From positions 12,949 to 76,948 of the forward strand of contig JAXHMM010000010.1 of assembly GCA_034521445.1 (NCBI GenBank): DNA of 64,000 nt, read 5' to 3'. The DNA comes from Balneolaceae bacterium (GTDB taxonomy: Bacteria > Bacteroidota > Rhodothermia > Balneolales > Balneolaceae). The notes below the pieces were generated by a model. That model ran no database searches, had not been told where the DNA came from, and saw only the letters and a list, made by a program, of their open reading frames with translations. Positions 20,333 through 29,752 of this stretch are shown piece after piece. A program made the translations under genes and the position numbers. Position 1 is the stretch's first letter. Every line of letters begins with the position of its first letter.

Positions 20333-20350
20333 AGCGTGTGGTTTAAAGGC

Positions 20351-21685
20351 TCAGCTCACCAGTTCGGCGATGACCCGTTCCTGCTTTTCCGCCTCCTCCG
20401 TGACGGTCCCCACCAGGTAGCCGCCGCGGGCACGGGCGCCGAGTTCCACGGGCAGGATCCGGTTCTCATAGCGCTCCTCGTGGGGGATGCCCACGCGCAC
20501 GTAGTTATCAGTCCAACCCTGCATCATTCCGTCCTTGTCGGCCCCCTCGATGAGCACGGGGCGCACCTGGCGCTGGAAGGAGGTGTCAAATGCGTAACGC
20601 TTTTTGCGGGAGAGGCGGCGCAGCTTGTGGGTGCGCGCCTTGCGCACGCTGTCCTGCACGCTGGGCTCGATCTTTAGGGCGCGGGTGCCGGGACGCTCGG
20701 AGTAGGTGAACACGTGCAGGTAGGAGACGGGGAGGTCGTCGATGAAGTCGTAGGACTCCAGGAAGAGCTCTTCGGTCTCGCCCGGGTGACCCGTGATGAC
20801 GTCCACGCCGATGGCGGCGTCGGGCATCAGCTCCCGGATCAGCTCCACGCGCCGCCGGTAGAGATCGGACTGGTAGCGGCGCCGCATGAGTCCCAGCATC
20901 TCGTCGCTCCCGCTCTGCAGGGGCATGTGGAAATGGGGCTGCAGCTTGTCCGACTGGGCCACGAAACGGATAATTTCCTCGTGCATCAGGTTGGGTTCCA
21001 CCGAGGAGAAACGGATGCGCTCCAGACCTTCCACCTCGTCGAGCGCCTGCACCAGCATGAAGAAATCCTCGTCGGTGCCGCGACCGAAGTCACCCGCGTT
21101 GACGCCAGTGATTACGATCTCCTTGAAACCCTCGCCCACCAGCTTGCGCGCGTTGTTGCAGACGGTGGCGATGGTGGGGCTCCGGCTCTCGCCCCGGGCC
21201 ATGGGAATGGTGCAGAAGGAGCACGAGTAGCTGCAGCCGTCCTGCACCTTCAGGAAGGCGCGGGTGCGGTCGTCGGCCGAAAAGGCGTTGTGGAAATCCA
21301 CCGCCTCGTTGACGTCGGAGTGGTGGATCACCGTCTCCTGCCTTTTGGAAAAATCGTCGAATAGGTCCAGCAGGTCGAATTTGTGCTTGGCCCCCAGCAC
21401 CACGTCCACACCTTCGATGCCGGCAATCTCCTCCGGCTTGAGTTGGGCGTAGCAGCCGACCACGGCCACGAAGGCCTCCGGGTTGCGACGCAGGGCGCGC
21501 CGGACCGTCTTCCGGCAGGTGGCGTTGGCGCTCTGGGTGACCGAACAGGTGTTGATCACGTAGATGTCGGCCTGTCCGTCGAAGTCGGCAATCTCATAGC
21601 CCGCCTCCTCGAAGTCGCGCTGGATGGTCAGCGTCTCCGAGTAGTTCAGCTTGCAGCCGAGGGTCTGAAATGCGGCGCGTTTCAT
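20351..21685 (-). CDS. mtaB: tRNA methylthiotransferase, MtaB-like radical SAM enzyme
   Basis: 444-aa ORF. N-terminal MTTase FQTLGCKLNYSE, radical-SAM CSYSCSFC, C-terminal TRAM-like region. Confidence 0.8.
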   Translation of the reverse strand: MKRAAFQTLGCKLNYSETLTIQRDFEEAGYEIADFDGQADIYVINTCSVTQSANATCRKTVRRALRRNPEAFVAVVGCYAQLKPEEIAGIEGVDVVLGAKHKFDLLDLFDDFSKRQETVIHHSDVNEAVDFHNAFSADDRTRAFLKVQDGCSYSCSFCTIPMARGESRSPTIATVCNNARKLVGEGFKEIVITGVNAGDFGRGTDEDFFMLVQALDEVEGLERIRFSSVEPNLMHEEIIRFVAQSDKLQPHFHMPLQSGSDEMLGLMRRRYQSDLYRRRVELIRELMPDAAIGVDVITGHPGETEELFLESYDFIDDLPVSYLHVFTYSERPGTRALKIEPSVQDSVRKARTHKLRRLSRKKRYAFDTSFQRQVRPVLIEGADKDGMMQGWTDNYVRVGIPHEERYENRILPVELGARARGGYLVGTVTEEAEKQERVIAELVS

Positions 21686-21862
21686 GGATTAGGGGCGAAG
21701 GATCGAATTGGAGGATTCGGAGCAAAAAGATACAAAACGACGACGGGACTTGACACCCTCCTGCGCTGGAAACCACCCTGGTGCGGGCGCCCCTGTACGT
21801 TTCCGTTGAAGCCTGAATGGGCTATATTGCAGCCGAATTCATCCAAATGGAGCCACAGAATC

Positions 21863-22252
21863 ATGGACGACACGCAGAGCACCTTCAATATTCAGAGCTG
21901 GAACGAGGAGATCTTGCAGGAGTGGGAGGGAGGCAGCATGCGCGAGGCCAAGGTGCGCCAGGCCTACCACGGGCATCTTAGGGGCGAGAGCGACCTGGTC
22001 TATCTGATGACCTACACGGAGGGGGGCAGAGCCCGTTTTGTGGGCACCGAGCTCTTCGAGGGTACGGTAGGCGAGCGCGAGGGACGCATGAGCCTGCACC
22101 ACGAGGGTACCTTTGAAAATGGCGTTGCCCGCTCGACGTGCCGGGTGGTGCCGGGCTCGGGCACCGGGGAGCTGGAGGGGATCTCAGGGGAGGGCCGTTT
22201 CGAGGCCGATGGCAACAAGGTAGCGTTTCGTTTCAGCTACGAGATGGACTGA
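21863..22252 (+). CDS. DUF3224-family protein
   Basis: In-frame ATG at 21863 (MDDTQSTFNIQSW...). Conserved PGSGTGELEGISGEG motif. The 5' part of the track ORF 21383-22252 is antisense to mtaB and is discounted. Confidence 0.7.
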   Translation: MDDTQSTFNIQSWNEEILQEWEGGSMREAKVRQAYHGHLRGESDLVYLMTYTEGGRARFVGTELFEGTVGEREGRMSLHHEGTFENGVARSTCRVVPGSGTGELEGISGEGRFEADGNKVAFRFSYEMD

Positions 22253-22287
22253 CCGCACGGGAGCTTCCGCCCGGGAGGTCTCTCAGC

Positions 22288-23295
22288 TTACATCCAGTGG
22301 TGCCAGCCGTAGATCAGTACCGCCAGCACGATGAAGTTGGCGATGCTGATGGGCAACATGCGTTTCCAGCCCAGTTTCATCACCTGGTTGTACTTGAACC
22401 GGGGAATGGTCCAGCGCACCCAGATAAAGACGAAGATGAAGAAGGCAGTCTTGGCGGTGAAGATGCCCACGTCGAGCACGGCTTTCCAGGTGGTGCTCAT
22501 CTCGGGCAGCCAGTATCCGGCGAAGGGCAGGTGGTAGCTGCCGAAGAAGAAGGTTGTAATCAGCATGCTGCCGATAACCACGTGCATGTATTCGGCCAGG
22601 AAAAACATGCCGAATTTCATGCCGCTGTACTCGGTGTGAAAACCTCCGACAAGCTCCTGCTCGGCCTCCACCAGGTCGAAGGGCGTGCGGTTGGCCTCGG
22701 CAAAGGCGGCCACCACAAAGATGACAGCCCCGACGGGGTTGCGGAAGAGGTTCCACCAGTACTCCTGCGAATCCACCACGTCAATCATGCTGAGCGACTG
22801 CGAGAAGAGGACGCAGGAGGCTACGGCCATGCCCAGGGGAAGTTCGTAGCTGAGCATCTGGGCGGCGGCGCGCAGTCCCCCGAGCAGGGAGTATTTGGAG
22901 TTGGAGGCCCAGCCCGCGAGGGTGACCCCGTAGACGCCCAGGGAGGTGACGGCCAGCAGATAGAGCACCCCGGCGTTGATGTCGGTGATGTAAAGTCCGT
23001 CGCCGAAAGGTATGACCGCGACGGTCAGCAGGGCGGTGATTACGGGAATCATGGGCGCGACCGTATGGATGGTCTTGTAGCCCTGGATGGGCGTCACGTC
23101 TTCCTTGAGCAGCAGCTTGACCACGTCGGCTATGGGCTGCAGGAGTCCGAGGGGACCCACCCGGTTGGGTCCCAACCGGTTCTGGATGAAGGCGGCGACG
23201 CGCCTTTCGGCATAGACCGCCAGCGCCGCCGAGTTGAGCAGCATGAAGAGGGCGATGCCCAGGGTGATATAGGAAGTGCTGGTGACGGGTTCCAT
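22288..23295 (-). CDS. nuoH: NADH-quinone oxidoreductase subunit H
   Basis: 335-aa polytopic ORF. AERRVAAFIQNRLGPNRVGPLGLLQP signature. Confidence 0.95.
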   Translation of the reverse strand: MEPVTSTSYITLGIALFMLLNSAALAVYAERRVAAFIQNRLGPNRVGPLGLLQPIADVVKLLLKEDVTPIQGYKTIHTVAPMIPVITALLTVAVIPFGDGLYITDINAGVLYLLAVTSLGVYGVTLAGWASNSKYSLLGGLRAAAQMLSYELPLGMAVASCVLFSQSLSMIDVVDSQEYWWNLFRNPVGAVIFVVAAFAEANRTPFDLVEAEQELVGGFHTEYSGMKFGMFFLAEYMHVVIGSMLITTFFFGSYHLPFAGYWLPEMSTTWKAVLDVGIFTAKTAFFIFVFIWVRWTIPRFKYNQVMKLGWKRMLPISIANFIVLAVLIYGWHHWM

Positions 23296-23307
23296 TAAAT
23301 CGCGTGC

Positions 23308-25044
23308 TTAGGCTTGGTTGACTTCGGTGGTTTGCTGTTTGAGGGGGATGCCCTGCTCGGCGTCCATGCGTTCGTAGCTGACGCCCTGGAAGGCGGCGAT
23401 GTGCCCGGAAATCTCGTCCATGATGTCGCGGGAGTGCGCCAGGTCGAAGGCCAGTCCAATGCGGTCGGCCAGGCGGTTCAGGAACTCCCAGGCGGGCAGG
23501 CAGTCCACCTTGTTCTCGTCGGTGCGCCAGTTGTCGAAGTTGGTGCCGTGGCGGTCCAGGCGGCCCTCCGACATCTCCAGGTTGAGGCGCCGGTTGGTAT
23601 ATTTGGTCTCCTTGGCCGGGTAGGTGCGCTGGATGCGCCCGTCCAGGTTCACATAGCTGGCGGCGTGCTCAGCCACGCAGGTGACGGGTATTACCAGGTC
23701 GGCCGCCGCGGCCAGGGCGGTATCGTTGGTGGCCAGCATGATGACGTAGGTGCCGTCCAGGTCTTCTTCGGCCAGCACCCCGCGTTCCAGCAGATCGTCG
23801 GCCAGGATGACGGCCACCCCGGCACCGCGTACAGCGGAGGCGATCTCTTCGGTGGGACTTTCGTCGAGTCCCAGCAGGCGGCAGCCCTCGGTGTTGGGGG
23901 CCTGGTCGTCGGTCAGCAGGAAATCGTCGCCGTGGCCCTCCTCAATGTGGGTGGTGAAGCGGGCTGCGGGAGCCCCCAGCAGGTCGAAAAACTTGGAAAG
24001 GGCGTAATTTTCCTCCACCGAGGCGTGGGGGGAGCCGATCACGGCCAGTTCGGAGGGATCGTGCGCCTCCAGCACCTCCGCAAAGGTTGCAAGGGCATTG
24101 TTCCAGGAGGTCTTTGAGCGGTTCTTACCGTCCAGCTTGATCAGGGGACGGGAGACCCGGTTCTCGTTGAAGCGGCGGTAGGCCATGCGTCCCTCGTCGG
24201 GCATCCAGTGGTCGTTGACGTGGTCATTCTGGCGCGGAGTGACGCGCAGCACCAGGTTGTCGCGGGTCCACAGGTCCACGTTGGTGCCCTTGCCGCCCGT
24301 CACGTCGATGCTGGGGGTCTGGTTCATCTCCCAGACGCGCGCCTTGAAACGGAAATCCGACGAGGTGAGCGCGCCCACCGGGCAGAGGTCCACCGTATTC
24401 AGCGAATAGGGGTCGTCAAAGGTCTCGCCCGGTGCGGTCATGGGGTAATTCTTGTCGCCGCGGGAGACGATGGTGAGCTGATGGGTTTCGCTGATCTCCT
24501 CGGTGAAGCGCACGCAGCGCGTGCAGTTGATGCAGCGCTCGGCATCGAGTGTGACGCGGGGACCCAGTTCCACCCGCTTGGGCTTGTGCACCTTCTTGAC
24601 CTCGAAGCGGCTGCCTTCGGGACCGTACTTGTAGGTCTGGATCTGGAGGGGACACTCCCCGGCCTGGTCGCAGATGGGGCAGTCCAGCGGATGGTTGATC
24701 AGTATGAATTCCAGGTTGTCCTTCTGGGCGCGGGTCACCTCCTCGGAAGTCTCCTGCGTGTGGACCACCATGCCGTCCTGTATCTTGAGCGAGCAGGAGG
24801 TCTGCATCTTGGGGAACCAGCGTATCTTGCGTTCCCCGTCCTCGTCCAGCTCGTACTCGCCGGTCTCCTGGTCCTTGACGGGCTGGCCCACTTTTACCAG
24901 GCACTGCCGGCAGTTGGCGGGAATGGACATGGAGGGATGGTAGCAGAAAAAGGGCACCTCCATACCCTGGTCCAGTATAAACTGCAGCAGGTGAGGCTGC
25001 CCCTCGTACTCGAATCGTTTCCCGTCTATGAATACTTCAGGCAT
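23308..25044 (-). CDS. nuoG: NADH-quinone oxidoreductase subunit G (short form, 578 aa)
   Basis: N-terminal 2Fe-2S and 4Fe-4S Cys clusters (CYHPSMSIPANCRQC, CPICDQAGEC, CINCTRCVRF) followed by a molybdopterin-like domain. Confidence 0.9.
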   Translation of the reverse strand: MPEVFIDGKRFEYEGQPHLLQFILDQGMEVPFFCYHPSMSIPANCRQCLVKVGQPVKDQETGEYELDEDGERKIRWFPKMQTSCSLKIQDGMVVHTQETSEEVTRAQKDNLEFILINHPLDCPICDQAGECPLQIQTYKYGPEGSRFEVKKVHKPKRVELGPRVTLDAERCINCTRCVRFTEEISETHQLTIVSRGDKNYPMTAPGETFDDPYSLNTVDLCPVGALTSSDFRFKARVWEMNQTPSIDVTGGKGTNVDLWTRDNLVLRVTPRQNDHVNDHWMPDEGRMAYRRFNENRVSRPLIKLDGKNRSKTSWNNALATFAEVLEAHDPSELAVIGSPHASVEENYALSKFFDLLGAPAARFTTHIEEGHGDDFLLTDDQAPNTEGCRLLGLDESPTEEIASAVRGAGVAVILADDLLERGVLAEEDLDGTYVIMLATNDTALAAAADLVIPVTCVAEHAASYVNLDGRIQRTYPAKETKYTNRRLNLEMSEGRLDRHGTNFDNWRTDENKVDCLPAWEFLNRLADRIGLAFDLAHSRDIMDEISGHIAAFQGVSYERMDAEQGIPLKQQTTEVNQA

Positions 25045-25065
25045 GGTTGGAGCGTGTCCTTTTGG

Positions 25066-26352
25066 TTAGGCCAGGGCGTGGGCCGATTGCTTGCACCTGG
25101 CTTCGAATTCGTCGCGGAACCGCGTGATGGTATGGCGCACCGGCCAGCAGGCGGCGTCCGCCAGGGCGCAGATGGTGCGGCCCTCCATCTGGGTGGTCAG
25201 GTCGAGCAGCAGGTCGAGGTCTTTGATCTCCCCCTCGCCTTCTTTAATGCGAATCAAAATCTTCTCCAGCCATCCCGTGCCTTCGCGGCAGGGGGTGCAC
25301 TGCCCGCAGCTCTCGTGGTGGAAAAAGTGGGCGATGCGCCAGAGCACCTCCACCATGTCGGTGTCCTCGTCCATGACCACCATGCCGGCTGTCCCCAGCA
25401 GGGAGCCGGCCTCCCGCATGGATTCGGAATCCATGGAAACGCCCTCCAGCTGGTCGGCTCTCAGCACCGGGGTGGAGGCCCCTCCGGGAATTACCGCTTT
25501 CAGGTCTTTGCCGCCGCGCACACCGCCGCCCACCTCGTTGATAAGATCCAGGACCGGCACGCCAGTGGGCAGCTCGTAGACCCCCGGGCGGTTCACATGT
25601 CCGCTTATGCCGTAGAGCACGGGTCCGGGATGGCCCTCGGCGCCGATGGAGCTGTACCAGTCGGCCCCGTTGTTGATGACCAGGGGCACATTGGCCAGGG
25701 TCTCGATATTGTTGATGGTGGTGGGACGTCCCCAGAGACCTTTCTGGGCGGGGAAGGGAGGCTTGACGCGCGGATAGCCGCGCTTGCCCTCCAGGGATTC
25801 CAGCATGGCGGTCTCCTCCCCGCAGATATAGGCGCCGGCCCCATAGACGGTGTGCAGTTCGATGTCTTCGCCGCTGCCCAGGATGTCCTCCCCCAGGTAG
25901 CCGCGGCTGTAGGCCTCGGCCACCGCCTTTTCAAAAATCTTGCCGTAGTCGAGGTACTCCCCGCGGATGTAGACGTAGATGGTCGACACCTGCATGGCGT
26001 AGGCGGCGATAAGGGCCCCCTCCAGGAAGAGGTGGGGGTTGAACTCGAATAGCTTGCGGTCCTTGAAAGTGCCCGGCTCCGACTCGTCGCCGTTGCAGGC
26101 CAGGTAGCGGGGACCCCCGTCGGGATCGGGCATGAAGCTCCATTTGAGTCCGCAGTTGAAGCCGGCCCCGCCGCGCCCCCGGATATTGGCGGCCTTCACC
26201 TCGTTGGTCACCTTTTCGCGCGACCAGTCGCTGTCTTGCATCACGGCCTTCAGCGCCCGGTATCCGCCGTTCTCCTCGTAGACCCCGATCTTGTGCAGGT
26301 CGGGTATGTCGGGGATCAGCTTCGGTTCGTAAGATCTCCAGTCGTCAGCCAT
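25066..26352 (-). CDS. nuoF: NADH-quinone oxidoreductase subunit F
   Basis: 428 aa. GRGGAGF FMN/NADH site and ESCGQCTPCREG 4Fe-4S motif. Confidence 0.96.
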   Translation of the reverse strand: MADDWRSYEPKLIPDIPDLHKIGVYEENGGYRALKAVMQDSDWSREKVTNEVKAANIRGRGGAGFNCGLKWSFMPDPDGGPRYLACNGDESEPGTFKDRKLFEFNPHLFLEGALIAAYAMQVSTIYVYIRGEYLDYGKIFEKAVAEAYSRGYLGEDILGSGEDIELHTVYGAGAYICGEETAMLESLEGKRGYPRVKPPFPAQKGLWGRPTTINNIETLANVPLVINNGADWYSSIGAEGHPGPVLYGISGHVNRPGVYELPTGVPVLDLINEVGGGVRGGKDLKAVIPGGASTPVLRADQLEGVSMDSESMREAGSLLGTAGMVVMDEDTDMVEVLWRIAHFFHHESCGQCTPCREGTGWLEKILIRIKEGEGEIKDLDLLLDLTTQMEGRTICALADAACWPVRHTITRFRDEFEARCKQSAHALA

Positions 26353-26355
26353 GGG

Positions 26356-26910
26356 TCAGGTCGCTGCTTGGTTGCGTTTCTCAAGATGGGGCATCGCCAT
26401 CGATTCAAATTCGGGAGTCTGCCCGTTGCGCAGATTTTCAAGGAGGCGGTCCACCTTCTCGGTGGTCAGCTTGTTCACGTAGGGCCCGTTGGTGACCTGC
26501 AGCATGGGTGCGTATCCGCAGGCGCCCAGGCACTCCACCTCCTGCAGCGTGAACATGCCGTCGTCGGTGGTCTCGCCCGCCGAAATGCCGAGGCGGTCCT
26601 CCAGGTGGTGCAGAATTTCGTAGCCCCCGCAGAGCTGGCAGCTCAGGCAGGTGCAGACGTCCAGCACAAAGCGGCCGGTCTCCTCCTTGTAGTACTGCGT
26701 GTAGAAGGAGGCCACCCCGTGCACGTGGGCCTCGGGGAGGTCCAGGGTGCGGGCCACAAGCTTCTGAACCTCGGGCTTGACGTGCCCGAATTTGCGCTGG
26801 GCCACCCAGAGCACCTGCAGCGTGGCCGCCTTGTTGTTGGGGAAGCGTGAAGTGATCTTCTCGATCTCCTCACGTTCTTCTCCGTTAAACGATAGATCCT
26901 GTTCTGCCAT
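26356..26910 (-). CDS. nuoE: NADH-quinone oxidoreductase subunit E
   Basis: 184 aa. Thioredoxin-like 2Fe-2S motifs CTCLSC and CLGACGYAP. Confidence 0.93.
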   Translation of the reverse strand: MAEQDLSFNGEEREEIEKITSRFPNNKAATLQVLWVAQRKFGHVKPEVQKLVARTLDLPEAHVHGVASFYTQYYKEETGRFVLDVCTCLSCQLCGGYEILHHLEDRLGISAGETTDDGMFTLQEVECLGACGYAPMLQVTNGPYVNKLTTEKVDRLLENLRNGQTPEFESMAMPHLEKRNQAAT

Positions 26911-26921
26911 AATGCGTTATG

Positions 26922-28214
26922 CTATTTGTCTGCTTCTCCCATGACGGGGTCGACCCCCCCGATGATGACCACGGTGTCGGCCACCATCTCCCCGTCGAGC
27001 AGGTCCTCGAGCACCTGCAGGTTGGCGAAGGAGGGGGAATTTATTTTGAGTCTCCAGGGATGGCCCGTGCCATCACTCTGAATGTAGTAGCCCAGCTCGC
27101 CCTTGGGTCCCTCGACGGCGTGGTAGCATTCGGTGCCGTCCGGGGGACATATGCCGGTGTCGGTCATCATGAAATCGTGGATCATGCCCTCCATGGAGTA
27201 GTAGACCTCATCCTTGGAAGGATAGGCCTGCTTGGCGTTGTCGGCACGTACGGGTCCCTTGGGCATCTTGTCCAGGCACTGTCGGATGATGCGGATGCTC
27301 TCCTGCATCTCCTCCATGCGCACGTAATAACGCGCCAGGTTGTCGCCCTCCAGGCGGGTGGGAATCTCGAAATCGATATTGTCGTAGCGGGCGTAGGGCT
27401 CGAAGTCGCGGATATCGTAGGCGTAGCCCGAGGCGCGCAGAGTGGGTCCGGTAGCCCCGGAGGCGAGGGCGTCCTCGGTTTTCAGCACACCCACCTCGGC
27501 GTTGCGGTCAATGAATATACGGTTGCGGTCCAGCAGCCCGTGCCAGTCGCGAAGCTCGTCGGGGAAGCGGTCCACAAAGTCTTTGATCATAGACACGGCG
27601 TCGGGGGTAAGGTCGTTGGCCACCCCGCCGATGCGCGCGTGCGATATGGTAAAGCGGTGTCCCCCGATCTGGTCGAAAATGTCGTAGAGCTTCTCCCGCT
27701 CCCGGAAGGTCCAGATAAAAAAGGAGACTGCGCCGGCGTCCATCACCAGGGTGCCCAGCCAGAGGAGGTGGGAGGAGATGCGCGCCAGCTCGCAGCCGAT
27801 CATGCGGATGTAATGGGCGCGTTCGGGTACCTCCACGTCGGCGATCTTCTCCACGGCGGTGCAGAGGGCCACGTTGTTGGAGTAGGGGGCGAGGTAGTCC
27901 ATGCGGTCGGTGTAGGGCATGAACTCCTGGTAGGTCTTGTTCTCGGCAATTTTCTCCACGCCGCGGTGGAGGTAGCCGATGTCCAGTTTCGCCTTCTCGA
28001 TGATCTCCCCGTTAAGCTGCAGGATGAGGCGCAGCACGCCGTGGGTGGCGGGGTGCTGGGGACCCATGTTGAGAACCATCTTGGTGCTGAGGGGATCGGC
28101 GTCCTCCAGCATCTCCACAGTGGTGTGCTTGTCTTCCAGGGACTGGTAGAGCGATTCCTGGTGCTCCCTGAAGAACTTGGGCGTTACCTGCTTGGTCAGT
28201 TCCTTGTCGGACAT
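26922..28214 (-). CDS. nuoD: NADH-quinone oxidoreductase subunit D
   Basis: 430 aa, 49-kDa subunit pattern (GPQHPATHGVLRL, YLHRGVEK). Confidence 0.96.
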   Translation of the reverse strand: MSDKELTKQVTPKFFREHQESLYQSLEDKHTTVEMLEDADPLSTKMVLNMGPQHPATHGVLRLILQLNGEIIEKAKLDIGYLHRGVEKIAENKTYQEFMPYTDRMDYLAPYSNNVALCTAVEKIADVEVPERAHYIRMIGCELARISSHLLWLGTLVMDAGAVSFFIWTFREREKLYDIFDQIGGHRFTISHARIGGVANDLTPDAVSMIKDFVDRFPDELRDWHGLLDRNRIFIDRNAEVGVLKTEDALASGATGPTLRASGYAYDIRDFEPYARYDNIDFEIPTRLEGDNLARYYVRMEEMQESIRIIRQCLDKMPKGPVRADNAKQAYPSKDEVYYSMEGMIHDFMMTDTGICPPDGTECYHAVEGPKGELGYYIQSDGTGHPWRLKINSPSFANLQVLEDLLDGEMVADTVVIIGGVDPVMGEADK

Positions 28215-28273
28215 GGCGGCGATGGATTAAACGTCGTCTGTAGGTGCGATGCGCACGGTCTGCGGTGCCGGAG

Positions 28274-28786
28274 TCATTCGGTGTCGGGGGTGGTGCTGGG
28301 GAGTTCGATAGATCCGGGGATGCCCAGCAGGGGAAATTCCTTGCGCATGGGGAAGTAGTCGTAGTCTTCGGGCATGTAGATGCGCCGCAGGTCGGGATGG
28401 CCCCGGAAACGCACCCCGAACATGTCGTAGACCTCCCGCTCGAACCAGTCGGCCGAGGGCCAGAGTTCATAGACAGAGTCGGCTTCCGGATTCTCCTCCT
28501 CCAGGCGAATTTTCACGAAGAGGCGGAGGCGGTCCTTGAGTGAAACCAGGTTGTAGACCACTTCAAAGCGTTCCTCGGAGGTAAAACGGTCGACAGCGAA
28601 AATGTCGGAGAGATAGATGAAGCCCAGCTCTTCCTTGAGGGTTCGGCATACCTCCACGATGGCTCCCCGTTTCACGCGCACGAAGGTGTCGCTCGAGGAT
28701 TGGCGGATCTCCACCACCTGGTCGCCGTGGGCGTCGGAGAGGCCGTCGAGGGCGGTCCGCATGGTGTCGGATAGCTGCAGTTCCAT
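28274..28786 (-). CDS. nuoC: NADH-quinone oxidoreductase subunit C
   Basis: 170 aa, 30-kDa subunit pattern (WFEREVYDMFGVRFRGHPD). Confidence 0.93.
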   Translation of the reverse strand: MELQLSDTMRTALDGLSDAHGDQVVEIRQSSSDTFVRVKRGAIVEVCRTLKEELGFIYLSDIFAVDRFTSEERFEVVYNLVSLKDRLRLFVKIRLEEENPEADSVYELWPSADWFEREVYDMFGVRFRGHPDLRRIYMPEDYDYFPMRKEFPLLGIPGSIELPSTTPDTE

Positions 28787-28787
28787 G

Positions 28788-29270
28788 TCAGGTGTCGAGC
28801 ATTACGGAGTGTTCGGTACGGATCTTGTCCTGTATCTTCATAAGGGCGTGCAGGAGGGCGTCCGGGCGGGGCGGGCAGCCGGAGACGTAGGCGTCCACCG
28901 GCAGAAAGTTGTCACAGCCCTGCACCACGCCGTAGCAGCGGTGCATGCCGCCGGTGGAGGCGCAGGCGCCCATGGCGATGCACCACTTGGGGTCGGGCAT
29001 CTGGTCCCATATGCGCCGGATGGCGTGTGCCATCTTGTAGTTTACCCATCCTGCCACGATCATCACGTCGGCCTGGCGGGGCGAAAAACGCATCACCTCC
29101 GAACCGAAGCGGGCGGCGTCGTATTTGGGTCCGGCGAAGGCCATCATTTCGATGGCGCAGCAGGCCAGTCCCATAGGCATGGGCCAGGCCGCGTTGGAGC
29201 GGGCCCAGTTGACCAGCGTATCCAGTTTGGTGGTGAAGTAACCCTCACCCATCGCACTTTCTATTCCCAT
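28788..29270 (-). CDS. nuoB: NADH-quinone oxidoreductase subunit B
   Basis: 160 aa. N2 cluster ligand motifs [20 protein letters not shown]. Confidence 0.96.
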   Translation of the reverse strand: MGIESAMGEGYFTTKLDTLVNWARSNAAWPMPMGLACCAIEMMAFAGPKYDAARFGSEVMRFSPRQADVMIVAGWVNYKMAHAIRRIWDQMPDPKWCIAMGACASTGGMHRCYGVVQGCDNFLPVDAYVSGCPPRPDALLHALMKIQDKIRTEHSVMLDT

Positions 29271-29278
29271 AGCGAATT

Positions 29279-29380
29279 AAGTCTTACTTAAAGTCTGAAA
29301 GTCTAATAAGTCTTAAAGTCGGAAAGTCGGGAAGTCATCGGACTTTAAGACTTTATGACTTCCCGACTTATTAGACTTTA
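29279..29380. repeat. foldback element: seven AAGTC units followed by five GACTT units
   Basis: AAGTC cores at 29279, 29291, 29299, 29308, 29316, 29324 and 29332; GACTT cores at 29341, 29349, 29357, 29365 and 29374. Two perfect 15-bp inverted repeats: 29324-29338 with 29355-29369, and 29298-29312 with 29365-29379. Shares the 14-mer TGACTTCCCGACTT with 4046-4059. Confidence 0.9.
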
Positions 29381-29752
29381 TAAGAGTTTGCGTTTGATGT
29401 CCCAGTCCAGCGTACCCTTTTTCAGCGTATAGAGCAGACCGATGAAGAGGACGCCGATGAAGAACACCATGGCCAAGAGGGTGCCGACCCCGTGATCCAG
29501 GAATCGCACAGCCCACGGATAGACGAAGACGACCTCCAGGTCAAAGACAATGAACTCCATGGCTACCAGGTAGAAACTTATCGAATAGCGGTCCCGCGCC
29601 TCGCCCACGGGGTCCATGCCGCTTTCGTAGGGATTAAGTTTGTTGGTATTGGGCCGGTAGGGCCCAAGCAGACGGGAGAGGCTCATCAGCAGCAAGGCCA
29701 GCAGGAAGGCCACCCCTGCGATGACGAGAATGGGGACGTAGTTCGAGAGCAT
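29378..29752 (-). CDS. nuoA: NADH-quinone oxidoreductase subunit A
   Basis: 124 aa, three TM segments, NuoA pattern (YESGMDP, FDLEVVF). Confidence 0.93.
   Translation of the reverse strand: MLSNYVPILVIAGVAFLLALLLMSLSRLLGPYRPNTNKLNPYESGMDPVGEARDRYSISFYLVAMEFIVFDLEVVFVYPWAVRFLDHGVGTLLAMVFFIGVLFIGLLYTLKKGTLDWDIKRKLL

Noticed and set aside
21383-21862. 5' two-thirds of the 289-aa track ORF 21383-22252
   Set aside because: This part is antisense to mtaB. Only the portion from the in-frame ATG at 21863 matches the ~130-aa DUF3224 family.
24208-26052. 614-aa ORF on the plus strand
   Set aside because: Antisense to nuoG and nuoF, with no motifs and shadow-ORF composition.
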